From assembly GCA_963752595.1 (NCBI GenBank), contig CAVVYZ010000012.1:1-45861 (forward strand): a DNA stretch of 45,861 nt. The letters are read 5' to 3'. The stretch's first letter is position 1; the number at the start of each line of letters is the position of its first letter. Below are positions 1-12,695 of the stretch, one piece after another. Origin of the DNA: an uncultured delta proteobacterium. Its GTDB lineage: Bacteria > Desulfobacterota > Desulfomonilia > UBA1062. The position numbers and the translations under genes are program-made. The notes under the pieces were generated by a model. It did not search any database. It was not told the DNA's origin and saw only the letters and a list, made by a program, of their open reading frames with translations.

Positions 1-1198
1 CCAGAGAGCGGATCGACTTCTGGAAGGCCTCTTTATAATTCTTGCCGATGCTCATTACCTCGCCAACGGCTCGCATCTGGGTGCCGAGCTTGTCCGGAGA
101 GCCCTTGAACTTCTCGAATGCCCAGCGTGCGAATTTGATGACCACATAGTCGCCCCACGGCTCGTACTTGTCGAGGGTGCCGCTCCTCCAGTAGGGGATG
201 TCCTCGAGGTTGAGGCCCGCTGCCAGCTTCGATGAGACAAGTGCAATGGGAAAGCCTGTTGCCTTGGATGCGAGTGCGGACGAGCGGGATGTCCGGGGGT
301 TGATCTCGATGACCACGACCCTGCCGGTCTTGGGATCATGGGCGAACTGGACGTTGGTCCCGCCGATGACCTCGATGGCCTCCACGATGTCGTACGAATG
401 CTTCTGGAGCCTTGCCTGGAGTTCCTTGTCGATGGTGAGCATGGGCGCGGAGCAGAAGGAATCGCCGGTGTGGACACCCATGGCGTCTATGTTTTCGATG
501 AAGCATACCGTGATCATATTGTTCTTGGCATCGCGCACGACTTCGAGCTCGAGCTCTTCCCAGCCCAGAACCGATTCTTCCACGAGCACCTGGCCGATGA
601 TGCTGGCGGAAAGGCCCCTGCTCGTGACTGTCTGCAGCTCCTCGACATTGTATACCAGCCCGCCGCCGGTGCCTCCCATGGTATAGGCAGGCCGGATGAC
701 CACCGGATATCCGAGCTCTGATGCGATCTTCTCCGCTTCTTCAACCGTATATGCCAGCTCGCTCTTCGGCATCTCGATGCCGAGGCGGTTCATGGTCTCC
801 TTGAATGCGCTTCTGTCTTCGCCCCGCTGGATGGCATCCACATTGACCCCGATGACCTTTACCCCGTACTTGTCGAGGATGCCTTCGCGGTAGAGATTCG
901 AGGTGAGATTCAGGCCCGATTGTCCTCCGAGATTCGGGAGGATGGCATCAGGGCGCTCCTTGGCAATGATGGCTTCCAGGGTCGGGATGTTGAGCGGCTC
1001 GATATAGGTCGCATCCGCCATGCCCGGGTCGGTCATGATGGTTGCCGGGTTCGAGTTGACGAGCACTATCTCATACCCGAGCTCCCTCAGGGCCTTGCAC
1101 GCCTGGGTTCCCGAATAGTCAAACTCACATGCCTGCCCGATGATGATGGGACCCGAGCCGATGATCATGATTTTGTGGATGTCGTTTCTCTTTGGCAT
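1..1198 (-). CDS. carB: Carbamoyl-phosphate synthase large subunit (5' part; runs off window start)
   Basis: Reverse strand from ATG at 1198 reads MPKRNDIHKIMIIGSGPIIIGQACEFDYSGTQACKALRELGYEIVLVNSNPATIMTDP, the canonical CarB N-terminus; SD-like AGGGGAG upstream. Absent from the ORF track, presumably because no stop codon falls in the window. Confidence 0.97.
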   Translation of the reverse strand, partial: MPKRNDIHKIMIIGSGPIIIGQACEFDYSGTQACKALRELGYEIVLVNSNPATIMTDPGMADATYIEPLNIPTLEAIIAKERPDAILPNLGGQSGLNLTSNLYREGILDKYGVKVIGVNVDAIQRGEDRSAFKETMNRLGIEMPKSELAYTVEEAEKIASELGYPVVIRPAYTMGGTGGGLVYNVEELQTVTSRGLSASIIGQVLVEESVLGWEELELEVVRDAKNNMITVCFIENIDAMGVHTGDSFCSAPMLTIDKELQARLQKHSYDIVEAIEVIGGTNVQFAHDPKTGRVVVIEINPRTSRSSALASKATGFPIALVSSKLAAGLNLEDIPYWRSGTLDKYEPWGDYVVIKFARWAFEKFKGSPDKLGTQMRAVGEVMSIGKNYKEAFQKSIRSL

Positions 1199-1562
1199 AC
1201 ATACTCCCCTATTGATGAATAACTTCCCTTGTTCTTTTTCCGGCTCCAGTCGACCTATCAGCTGGGATCAGGGCTTCGCAACTCTTTTTCCAGAACAAAA
1301 AAGCGGAACACGCATTGGGCCCCTCTGGAGATCAATATTAATTTAAGCGGAAGAACTATAGGAAAGCATGGTCATTCAAGTCAAGTTAAAACAAAGAAAT
1401 ACGACTGCTTCTTTTGCGGTCAGCTATCAGGGAAAACCCTAGAGCTGATATAGGGTTTTGGAGTGCAATTTCAGGTCACAAAAGATACGGCCTTTCCCCT
1501 TCCGATCCCCTGATATCGAGGAGGGAAGGGGTCAGGCACGCTGTTCACTGTCTGAAAAAAAT

Positions 1563-2575
<1,013 letters not shown>

Positions 2576-2590
2576 ACTATCGCCTCCTTA

Positions 2591-3148
2591 TCAATTGTCA
2601 TCCAGACGATACTTGTGGGCCACAAGCAGGTCGTAGTTTGTCTTGAGAGCCTGGTGGAGCCGGGCATTTTCGAGGGCCATGGCGCTCAGATTGGCAACGG
2701 CTTCCAGGAATTTCGTTTCCTGTTGATTGAATTCCCTGACCTTGTCCGTGTAGACCCGCAAGACCCCGATGACATTCTTTTCAACCTTCAGGGGGACACG
2801 ATAACCGACTTTGATCCCCTCCGCCTTTGCTCCTGCTCCGTACTGGAAGTCAGGGTCGGTCTGGGCGTTCTTGATCCAGATGAGCTGGCCCGTGAGGGCC
2901 TTCTGGTCGAGACCGCTTTCCTTGACGAGCACCGGGCCTTTTCTGATATAGCCCTTGGAAAGGCCGTAGGCGGCACCCATGATGAGGGACTTTTTCCGGG
3001 AATCGAGGAGACGGATGGAAGAAGCCTTGGCCGACATGGTCAGGGCAACCGATTTCACGATCTCCTCAAGCACCGTGGTCATATCGAGCGAGGCATTGAC
3101 CACCTTCACCACCTCGTAGAGTGCCTGGAAATAATCTTTTTCTTTCAC
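2591..3148 (-). CDS. Stand-alone GAF domain protein
   Basis: ASLDMTTVLEEIV...SIRLLD...AAYGLSKGY...VPLKVEKNVIGVLRVYT...FLEAVANLSAMALENARLH is a GAF pattern; GTG start at 3148 after a purine-rich SD (alternative ATG at 3169). Confidence 0.85.
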   Translation of the reverse strand: MKEKDYFQALYEVVKVVNASLDMTTVLEEIVKSVALTMSAKASSIRLLDSRKKSLIMGAAYGLSKGYIRKGPVLVKESGLDQKALTGQLIWIKNAQTDPDFQYGAGAKAEGIKVGYRVPLKVEKNVIGVLRVYTDKVREFNQQETKFLEAVANLSAMALENARLHQALKTNYDLLVAHKYRLDDN

Positions 3149-3511
3149 CTTTCTTCTCCTCTCCTCCATTTATTTTGTTGTCCCACAGGTGTCTTTCCTT
3201 GATTGGTTCTCATGTGGTATTTCTTCACCCCCATGATTATGCTATATTCTGTAAATATCCAACATACATATGAGTCAAGATACCTTTTCGGATTACGCAA
3301 TAATTTTCTGAAAAATACAGAAATCCGGTGAAAACTCAATGATCGCGGTTGCGATGTGTACTTCAGTCCTTGATTATTTCCCGTGGCTGCCCAAGTCAAG
3401 GCTATATCGCTACCCGAAGTGTCAATGTGCATGGAATCATGTGCTTGAAAATGAGCCTGTTCCGTGCAATACTCTTTTTTGCAGTCCATGCACGGGAGGA
3501 AAGGTTCGCAC

Positions 3512-5172
3512 ATGAGAAGTGATCAATACCAAGAAATCTTTTGAGAAGGCACCCCACCGTTCCCTGCTCAAGGCAAACGGCTCACCGACGAAGAGATACC
3601 ACGGCCGTTTGTCGGGATCGTGAACTCGGCCAACGAGATAATCCCCGGTCATATACACCTGGACAGGATGGTCCAGGCCGCAAAGGACGGCGTGCGCATG
3701 GCGGGCGGAACGCCCATGGAGTTCTCCGTCATCGGCATCTGCGACGGGATCGCCATGAACCACGAAGGGATGAAGTACTCTCTCCCTTCCCGGGAGATCA
3801 TTGCGGATTCCATCGAGATCGTGGCCATGGCCCATGCCTTTGACGCACTCGTGCTCATCCCCAATTGCGACAAGATCGTGCCCGGCATGCTCATGGCGGC
3901 GCCTGCGCCTCAACATCCCGGCCATCGTCGTCAGCGGCGGCCCCATGCTGGCGGGTCTGCACCGGGGCAAGGCCGTGGACCTCATCACCGTGTTTGAAGG
4001 CGTCGGACGGTTCAAGGCCGGGAAGATGACCGAGGATGAGCTTGAAGGAACTCGAAGGATGCGCCTGTCCCCGGCTCGGCACCTGCGCAGGCATGTTCAC
4101 GGCCAACTCCATGAACTGTCTCACCGAGGCCATCGGCATGGGCCTGCCGGGCAACGGCACCATCCCCGCGGTCTTCTCTGAACGGATCCGTCTCGCAAAG
4201 AAGGCGGGCATGAAGATCATGGAGCTCATGGAGAAAGGCATCACGCCCGCGGGAAATCGTGACCCCGAAGGCATTCAGGAACGCCATCGCCGTGGACATG
4301 GCCTTCGGTTGCTCGACGAACACGGTTCTTCATCTGCCGCCATGCGCTACGAGGCAGGCATCGATCTCGACCTCGATGATTTCGACAGGATGAGCAAGCG
4401 GCGCCCCATATCTGCAACATGTCTCCCGCAGGGCCGCACTATCATCGAGGATCTCTACCGGGCAGGCGGGGTCCAGGCGGTGATGAAGAGGCTGAGCCGG
4501 ACGGCATCCTGGATAGGGAGAGTTATGACCGTTACCGTTCGCCGTTGAAAGACAATCTCGCACGGGCCGAGATCATGGGGGACGACGTGATACGCCCCCT
4601 GGATAACCCCTATCATCGGGAAGGCGGGATCGCCATTCTCCGCGGAACCCTTGCCCCGGACGGCGCAGTGGTGAAGCAGTCGGGCGTCCTGCCCGAAATG
4701 ATGCAGCGCGAAGGCACGGCCAGGGTATATGATTCCGAAGAGGATGCGACCGCCGCGATCATGTCGCGGGGCGATCCGCGCAGGAGACATCGTAGTGATC
4801 AGGTACGAAGGCCCCAAGGGCGGGCCGGGCATGCGCGAAATGCTCACGCCCACATCGACCATTGCCGGGATGGGACTGGACAGGGATGTCGCCCTGATCA
4901 CGGACGGCAGGTTTTCCGGCGGCACGCGCGGTGCCGCTATCGGCCATTGTTCGCCCGAGGCGGCTTCCGGCGGTGCCATAGCACTGGTGAAAGACGGCGA
5001 TCGCATCAGGATCGATATCCCGGCACGGAAACTCGACCTCCTCGTGGATAAAGGCGAGCTCGAAGAGCGCAGGAAGGCCTTCTGCCCGCCTGAGAAAAAG
5101 CTTACCGGCGTACTGAAGCGTTATGCTGCGGCAACCCTGTCTGCAGATAAGGGTGCCAGGTACAGGGATTGA
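3512..5172 (+). CDS. ilvD: Dihydroxy-acid dehydratase (multiple frameshifts)
   Basis: Fragments contain [55 protein letters not shown] and [13 protein letters not shown]; ATG at 3512 after GGGAGGA. Confidence 0.95.
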
Positions 5173-6189
5173 TGAAAGAGGCACGGTACTGGAAAGGACT
5201 TGATAACAGCAGCCGCGTGCAGTGTGAGCTGTGTCCGCACCAGTGCACCATCGGACCTGAAAAAACCGGCGTATGCGGGGGGAGGCAGAACAAAGGAGGG
5301 GTGCTCCGGAGCCTTGTATGGGGAAGGAGCGTTGCGGGAAACGTCGATCCCATCGAGAAAAAGCCCCTGTACCACTTTTTTCCGGGTTCGCTGGCCTTCT
5401 CCATCGCCACGGTGGGATGCAACCTGCGGTGTACCTTCTGCCAGAACAGCGACATCTCCCAGTACCCGATCCATACCGGGAAGATCACCGGTGATGAGCT
5501 GCTGCCGGAGGACGTTGTCCAATCCGCCATCAGCAAGGGATGTGCAAGCATTTCCTATACGTACACCGAGCCCACGGTTTATCTGGAGTATGTGATCGAC
5601 ACTGCCCGGATCGCTCATCAGAGCGGCATCGCCAATGTCATGGTCACGAACGGGTATATCAACCCGGATATAGTCAGGCAGGACCTTGCCGGGCTCATCG
5701 ATGCCGCGAACATCGACCTCAAGTCCTTCTCGGACGGATTTTACAAAAGGCTGTGCTCCGCGAAGCTCTCTCCTGTCCTCGATGCCATAAGCGCATACCA
5801 TGAGGCAGGGATATGGATCGAGATCACAACGCTTATCATCCCGGGCGAGAACGATTCAAAGGAAGAGCTGCGGGAGATCGCCAGGTTCATCAGGTCTTTG
5901 AGCCAGGACATCCCCTGGCACTTAAGCCGGTTTTATCCCCGGTACCTTTATGACAAAGCTTCTCCTACCCCGGTGGAAGAGCTGGAGGCTGCACGGGAGA
6001 TAGGATTGAGCGAGGGGCTTTTGTACGTGTACACCGGGAATGTTGCAGGGCATGCGGGTGAGAATACATTTTGCCAGCGGCTGCGGGCAGCGGATCATCG
6101 CCAGGATGGGGTTTTCCATCATGGAAAAGGCGATGCGCGGGAAGAGATGCAGCCGTTGCGGTCAAACCATACCAGGGAGGTTTAAGTGA
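5172..6189 (+). CDS. amrS: AmmeMemoRadiSam-type radical SAM enzyme (PflA-like family)
   Basis: N-terminal CELCPHQC, DPIEKKPLYHF, radical SAM GCNLRCTFCQN, YTYTEP. After an indel near 6075 the C-terminus continues ...CSRCGQTIPGRFK* (stop 6187-6189). Confidence 0.85.
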
Positions 6190-6353
6190 AAAACCGGAAT
6201 TACATGCTCAAGGTCGTTGATGCCAAGAAGGCCGACATCAGAAAGGCCCTCAAAGAGGCAGGGATCGAGGTCCGGTCCATAACTGAAATCTATTCCGAAG
6301 ATGCAGTGGGGAAGGGAGGCGAAGGAGACGATGCCGCGAAAACGAACGACTGA
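6186..6353 (+). CDS. Small hypothetical protein (55 aa)
   Basis: GTG start overlaps the amrS stop (GTGA), with SD AGGGAGG 5 nt upstream; reads VKNRNYMLKVVDAKKADIRKALKEAGIEVRSITEIYSED...; its end overlaps the aminopeptidase start. Below the ORF-track length cutoff. Confidence 0.65.
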   Translation: MKNRNYMLKVVDAKKADIRKALKEAGIEVRSITEIYSEDAVGKGGEGDDAAKTND

Positions 6354-7692
6354 TAAAATAGACCTTTCACAGAAGATCAAATCCGGATGGGAGATTCTTG
6401 AAGGCAAGGTGGGCGATATCGAGTCCTATAACAAAGGCTATATCCGGTTTCTGACAAAAGTGAAAACCGAGCGGGAGGCAGTGGCCTATATCCGTGAACA
6501 GGCCCGGGGCGTAAAAGGCCTGCACCTCATCGAGAACAGGGGCAAGGCGATCGCCGTATGCAGGAAAGGCAAGGCACCGCTTCGCGACGGGGTGAATATC
6601 GTGATCGCCCACATCGACAGCCCGCGCCTCGACCTCAAGGCAAACCCCCTCTACGAGGATACGGATTTTGCCATGCTCAAGACCCACTACTACGGGGGGA
6701 TCAAGAAGTATCAGTGGCTGGCCCGGCCTCTTGCCATCCACGGGGTCGTCGGCAAGGAGGACGGGAGCCTTGTCAATATCACCATCGGCGAAGAAGAGAA
6801 TGACCCCTGTTTCACCATCGAGGATCTTCTTCCCCATCTGGCGGCGAATGCCCAGTATTCGAAGAAGCTCTCCGAGGCATTCCAGGCCGAGAAGCTCAAC
6901 ATCATCATCGGTTCCAGGCCGGACTTCAAGATCAAGGACAACAAGGTCAAAGAGCACATTCTTGCGCTGCTCCACGAGAAATACGGGATAATCGAGCAGG
7001 ACTTCGTCTCCGCCGATCTTGAGATCGTCCCTGCCGGCCCTGCCCGAGAGGTGGGCATCGACCGGTCGCTGGTCGGCGGCTACGGTCAGGATGACCGGGC
7101 CTGTTCCTGGGCCGCATTCTCCGCTGTCCGGGATGCTCATTCGGTCTCCCGTACATCCATCACCATGCTCGTGGACAAGGAGGAGATCGGCAGCGAGGGG
7201 AACACCGGTGCAAAGAGCATGTTTATCGAGGAAGTACTATGGGAGCTTGCAGAACTTTTCAAGGAGAACATTGTCCCTTCCCGGGTCCTGTTCAGATCAA
7301 AGGCCATCTCCGGCGATGCGAACGGCGGTCTGGACCCGGATTATCCCGAGGTTCATGAGAAGACGAATGCCGCGCGGATTGGCTATGGCGTGTGCGTCAC
7401 GAAGTTCACCGGTTCGCGGGGCAAGGTGGGTTCCAATGAGGCCCATGCGGAGTACATGGCGCAAACCAGGTCCTATCTGAACCGGAATGCCGTCCCCTGG
7501 CAGACGGGAGAGCTGGGCAAGGTCGATGAGGGAGGCGGCGGGACGGTGGCGAAGTATCTCGCCGAATACGGCATGGATATCGTCGATATGGGGCCGCCGC
7601 TCCTTTCCATGCATTCTCCGTTCGAGCTCTCCTCCAAGGTGGATACCTATTCCACCTATCTGGCATATCGTGCATTCATGGAGGAGGTATGA
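6331..7692 (+). CDS. M18 family aminopeptidase
   Basis: Motifs AHIDSPRLDLK, THYYGGIKKYQW, YGQDDR, DKEEIGS and SMHSPFE; start MPRK at 6331 after AAGGAG. Confidence 0.92.
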   Translation: MPRKRTTDKIDLSQKIKSGWEILEGKVGDIESYNKGYIRFLTKVKTEREAVAYIREQARGVKGLHLIENRGKAIAVCRKGKAPLRDGVNIVIAHIDSPRLDLKANPLYEDTDFAMLKTHYYGGIKKYQWLARPLAIHGVVGKEDGSLVNITIGEEENDPCFTIEDLLPHLAANAQYSKKLSEAFQAEKLNIIIGSRPDFKIKDNKVKEHILALLHEKYGIIEQDFVSADLEIVPAGPAREVGIDRSLVGGYGQDDRACSWAAFSAVRDAHSVSRTSITMLVDKEEIGSEGNTGAKSMFIEEVLWELAELFKENIVPSRVLFRSKAISGDANGGLDPDYPEVHEKTNAARIGYGVCVTKFTGSRGKVGSNEAHAEYMAQTRSYLNRNAVPWQTGELGKVDEGGGGTVAKYLAEYGMDIVDMGPPLLSMHSPFELSSKVDTYSTYLAYRAFMEEV

Positions 7693-8332
7693 AGGAAAAG
7701 GTGCTGCATCATGTCGGTTCACTCATGGGAGGGCTGGTTCACAACCTGAACACTCCCTCATGTGGATCATGGGGAGGGCACAGCTCGTCCAGTCGAGGAA
7801 CGAGAAGCTCGATACGGACAAGGGGCTTACCCCGGAAGAGCTCGCGGTCGTCAAGGAGAAGAACAGCAAGGACCTCCACTCCATCCAGGAGGGCGCAGAC
7901 AAGATCGACCAGATTCTGAAAGCTCTGGGCTACAAGATCCAGATGGTCAGCGAGGGGTATACCTCCATCGAGCTCAAGGAATACCTGGAGATGGAGCTCA
8001 ATTTTCTCATGGCGGATATGCGCTTCAAGCACGAGACGAAGCGGGAGGTGAAGATCGACTCACGGTCCTGCTATGTGAAGAGTGACTACAGTGCCTTATC
8101 ATATGCCGTTACCGGCGTCATCAGCACGATCATCAACGCCACGGAGAGAGGAAGGGCCCTGAATATCACCATGGACAGCGGGACCATCAGGATCGGATGT
8201 CCGGATCTCGTCCTTTCACCCGATCTCAAGCTGGAGGTTGAAGATAAATGCTGCGGGCTCAAAAACAGGGCTGACATCGCAGTAGACGGGACAAAAGGGT
8301 TCGAAGTGTCTATCTGGATAAAGGACAACTGA
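7689..8332 (+). CDS. Histidine-kinase-like protein with H-box but degenerate ATPase domain (one indel near 7757)
   Basis: Joining frames gives [35 protein letters not shown]...; HNLNTPL resembles a HisKA H-box; ATGA and TGATG overlaps with its neighbours. Confidence 0.6.
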
Positions 8333-8802
8333 TGCCGACAACCGAAACGCTGACGTGCCCTGCCTGCGGGCACGGCATCACCCGGTACAGAAACCCTGTA
8401 CCGACCGTGGATACCATCATCGAGTATGCATCGGGGATCGTGCTTATTCAAAGGAAGAACCCTCCTCATGGCTGGGCTCTGCCCGGAGGGTTCGTGGATT
8501 ACGGCGAGACCGTCGAGCATGCCGCCATGCGCGAAGCGGGCGAGGAGACGGGGCTTGACCTCCGGCACATGCGGATGTTCCACGTATACTCGGACCCCGG
8601 GAGAGACCCGAGACAGCACACCATCTCCATAGTCTTCACAGCGGAAGGCTCAGGCGAGCTCGTGGCCGGGGATGATGCCAAAGGGGCGGCCGTATTTTCC
8701 GAAGGCCATCTCCCGGAGGATATCGCGTTCGATCACTCCAGTATTATCAGAGACTATTATTCCTGGAAGCACGGGAAAAAAGAAGGGATGGTCCGGCAAT
8801 AA
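8332..8802 (+). CDS. NUDIX hydrolase with N-terminal CPACG knuckle
   Basis: Nudix box [28 protein letters not shown], plus RDPRQHT and AFDH motifs. Confidence 0.92.
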   Translation: MPTTETLTCPACGHGITRYRNPVPTVDTIIEYASGIVLIQRKNPPHGWALPGGFVDYGETVEHAAMREAGEETGLDLRHMRMFHVYSDPGRDPRQHTISIVFTAEGSGELVAGDDAKGAAVFSEGHLPEDIAFDHSSIIRDYYSWKHGKKEGMVRQ

Positions 8803-11377
8803 TGAACGGGAAAGAAGTCTATCTCATCGACGGCAGCTCGTACATTTACCGGGCGTTCTATGCCATGAGGAACCTCTCGACCTCCAAGGGCCTGCCCACC
8901 AATGCAGCCTATATCTGCTCCCGGATGCTGATCAATCTCCTCAAGGAGAAGAATCCCGAGCACATCTGCTTCGTGCTCGATTCCAAAGGCCCCACCTTCC
9001 GCCACGAGCTGTACAAGGATTATAAGGCTACGAGGCAGAAGATGCCCGAGGACTTGAGCGTCCAGATTCCCTATATCCTCCGGATCGTCGAGGCTCTGGG
9101 CATACCCCTGACGAGCAGGCAGGGCTTCGAGGCCGACGACATCATCGCAACCCTGGCCGCAAGGTGCGGCAAAGGCTGCCACGTGTTCATCGTCTCGGGA
9201 GACAAAGACCTCATGCAACTAGTGGACGATGACGTCGTGGTATGGGATACCCTGAGCAACAAGGTGTATGACCGCCAGGGAGTATTCGAGAAGTTCGGGG
9301 TCTACCCCGAGTTTATCCCGGACCTGCTGGCTATCATGGGGGACTCATCGGATAACATACCCGGGGTGCCCGGGATCGGAGCCAAGGGTGCTGCCTCGAT
9401 CATCCAGGAAAAAGGGCACGTACAGGACATCCTCGATCACATCGATTCCCTCACCGCGCCCAAACAGCGAAAGGCACTGGAAGAAAACAGCGGGCAGGCC
9501 CTTGAGGGCCTCAGGCCTCGTCACGCTCGACAGGGACGTGCCCCTCGACTTCGGCGTAGATGACCTGGTGAAACGTGCGCCGGATAAGGAGGAACTCGCC
9601 AGGCTCTTCACCGACCTCGAGTTCAAGGCCCTGCTGTCTGAGCTGGATATCGAGCACCCTGCTTCCGCACCTGCCAAGCATGATGGTGAAATAGAATTCG
9701 CCTGCAGGGCGGACCTTGCGGGAGAGCTCGGCATGTACGTCGCCGAAGGAGCCGGGTCGGCGCTCACGCAAGGCGAAACCACCTATGTCTGTTTCGAAAG
9801 TGAACTTTACCTCGACCCTCTGAAAAATACCGAGGCCCATATCACCATGCACGATGCCAAGCAGGCCTTTGTATCGGCCATCAGGCAAGGGATTGATATC
9901 AGGGCAGGCATCGATGACGTCATGCTCGGCGCCTACTGCATCGATGCGGCGAGCGGGAGCGTGCCTCTTGAAGACCTCGCGAAGATGTACCTGGACAAGC
10001 ATGTCCTGAGGCTCAAGGACCTGACAGGTTCGGGAAGGAGCTTCAGGGAGTTCTGCGACATCGACCGGAACGACCTTGCCGGGTGCATGGCCGGGTATGC
10101 AAGCGTGCTGGTTCCCCTGAAAGGCAAGATCTCGGAGCGCATGGAGAAGGTGGGGGTGGATAAAATCTACGCCGATATCGAAATCCCGCTCACCAGGGTG
10201 CTCGCCTCGATGGAGGCCGGCGGGGTTCTCATAGACCTGAATGGCCTGCAGAAGATATCCAAAGAGATAACCGGCTTCCTCGACGATATGGAAGGACGGA
10301 TCTACGGCATGGCAGGGGAGAAATTCAACATCAACTCCCCGAAGCAGCTGGGCGAGATCCTGTTCGAGAGATTGAAGCTTCCGGTGGGGAAGAAGACCAA
10401 AACCGGGTATTCCACGGACAGCAAGGTACTGGAATCCCTTGCATTCCGGCATGACCTCCCGGCCCTCATCCTGGAATACCGGATGTATGCAAAGCTGAAA
10501 AACACCTATGTGGATGCCCTGCCTCACGATGATAGATCCCGAGGACGGGCAGGATCCACACCCGGTTCAACCAGGCCAGTCACGGCAACGGGCCGCATCT
10601 CTTCCTCCGAGCCGAACCTGCAGAACATCCCCATCCGCTCGGAAATGGGCAGGCGGATCCGGGAGGCCTTCATAGCGCCCGCAGGGCTATACGATCCTGA
10701 GCGCCGACTATTCCCAGATCGAGCTCCGCATCCTGGCCCACATCACCGGTGACGAAACCCTGATGCAGTCCTTTACCGAGGGCCTGGACATCCATGCCAG
10801 GACCGCTTCCGAGATCTTCGGCATCCCCCTTGACGAGGTGACCGACAATCATCGCAGGGTGGCAAAGACCATCAATTTCGGCATCATGTACGGCATGGGC
10901 CCCCACAAGCTCTCGCAGGAGCTGGGGATCAAGAGGGATGTGGCCAAGCTCTACATCGACAACTACCTCGCCAAGTATCCCCGGGTGAAAGAGTACATGG
11001 ATGCCGTATCGTCCAAGGCAGAGGAGGACGGATGCGTCACGACCCTGCTGGGCAGGCGGAGGTCGCATCCCCGAGATCAGGTCCTCGAATTTCAACGAGC
11101 GCGAGGCGGGCAGGAGGATCGCCATCAACACCCCGATCCAGGGAACCGCGGCCGACATCATCAAGATGGCCATGGTGAGGATCCATGAGCGCCTGCAAGG
11201 GTATAAGCAGCAGGATGATCCTCCAGGTCCATGACGAGCTGGTGTTCGAGGTTGCAGAAGACGAGCTCGAATTGCTGACCAGGCTCGTGCAGGGACGAAA
11301 TGGAGAATGCCTATCCCCTCGATGTGCCCATCAGAGTCGACATCGGTACCGGCAGAAACTGGGCCGAAGCGCATTAA
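8802..11377 (+). CDS. polA: DNA polymerase I (several frameshifts)
   Basis: 5'-3' exonuclease LIDGSSYIYRAF, EADD and GDSSDNIPGVPGIG; polymerase TATGRISSSEPNLQNIP, DYSQIELR, KTINFGIMYG, QVHDEL; ends NWAEAH* at 11377. Confidence 0.96.
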
Positions 11378-11415
11378 AATCAAGATTGAAAAACATAAGA
11401 TTTTGAACAGGAAGG

Positions 11416-11439
11416 CGGGGCAGGCAATTGCCTGCCCCG
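11416..11439. terminator. Probable bidirectional intrinsic terminator
   Basis: Perfect 24-bp palindrome CGGGGCAGGCAATTGCCTGCCCCG between the convergent polA and acyl-CoA dehydrogenase genes. Confidence 0.75.
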
Positions 11440-11456
11440 TTTGATTATTGATTCTC

Positions 11457-12605
11457 TTAGCGCATTCCGAGGACTGCCCTGGAGACGACGACCCTCATGA
11501 TCTCGTTGGTGCCTTCGTAGATCTGGGTGATCTTGGCGTCTCTCATGAGCCGCTCCACGGGGTATTCCGAGCTGTAGCCGTAGCCGCCCAGGATCTGGAC
11601 TGCCTCGATGGAGGCATCCATGGCCGTATCGGAGGCAAACATCTTTGCCATGGCGGCTTCCTTCTCGAAGGGCAGGTGGTTGCTCTCGAGCCATGCAGCC
11701 TTCAGGATGAGGAGCTCGGATGCGTCGATGCGGGTGGCCATGTCGGCCAGCTTGAACTGGGTGGCCTGGAAGGCGGAAATGGGCTTGCCGAACTGGACCC
11801 TTTCCTTGGAATAACTGACCGACTCTTCAAGAGCGGCCTTGGCGATGCCCAGGGCCTGGGATGCGATGCCGATGCGGCCGGAGTCCAGCGTGGTGAGCAT
11901 CTGCTTGAAGCCCGAGCCCGGATCGCCCAGGATGGCGTCCTTGGGGATTCCGGCGTCCTGGAACACGAGCTCTGAGGTGCCCGAGCCGCTGATGCCTAGC
12001 TTTTCTTCGACCTTGCCCACGGAGAAGCCCTCGGTCTCCTCAAGGTCGATGACGAACTGGGTGATGCCTTTGTATCCTTTGGTTTTATCGGTAACTGCAG
12101 CGATAACCGCATATTTGGCGATATTGCCGTTGGTGATGAACTTTTTCTCGCCGTTGATGATCCAGTGAATCCCCGTCCAGGACTGCCGTGGTCTTCATGC
12201 CGGCCGGGTCGGAGCCGGCGTTGGCCTCGGTGAGGCCGTAGCAGCCGCATGCTTCTCCGCTGGCAACCGGGGTGCTGAATTTCTTTCTCTGCTCCTCGGT
12301 CCCGAAGTTGAAGACCGGGAAGCCGTAGAGGGAATTGTTCACCGACATGATCACGCCGTGGCTTGCGCATCCTCTCGAAATTTCCGTGAGGATCAGGGCA
12401 TAGGCCACATAGTCCATGCCTGCTCCGCCGTACTCGGCCGGGATGGCCACACCCATGAAGCCGTTCTCTCCCATTTTCTTCAGCACTTCGTCGCTGTGCC
12501 GGTGGTTCTTGTCCACCTCGGCTGCTATGGGTTTGAGCTCCTGGTCGGCGAATTTCCGCGCCATTTCTTTTACCATCTTGTGCTCATCGCTTAATGAAAA
12601 TCCAT
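11457..12605 (-). CDS. Acyl-CoA dehydrogenase (short/branched-chain-like; one frameshift near 12165)
   Basis: Start MDFSLSDEHKMVKEMARKFA after AGGAGG; motifs IPAEYGGAG, GLTEANAGSD, ERVQFGKPI, GGYGY and RDAKITQIYEGTNEI. Confidence 0.93.
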
Positions 12606-12695
12606 ATCTATCCTCCTAATTGGTAGTGAAACAAGTTATGCCCCGGATCCTGATCCGCCGTACCGGAAAAGCGCATGAGAAAGAGCAGTACCACC

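Noticed and set aside
55-1453. ORF-track ORFs overlapping the first 1.4 kb
   Set aside because: They are shadows of carB on the minus strand or spurious intergenic frames.
1497-1531. CCCCTTCC...GGAAGGGG inverted repeat downstream of gap
   Set aside because: Possibly a terminator, but the stem is irregular and there is no clear U-tract, so it was not called.
3512-11377. Programmed frameshifting or pseudogenisation of ilvD and polA
   Set aside because: The shifts are numerous, irregular and fall in essential genes with intact motifs, which is better explained by sequencing indels.
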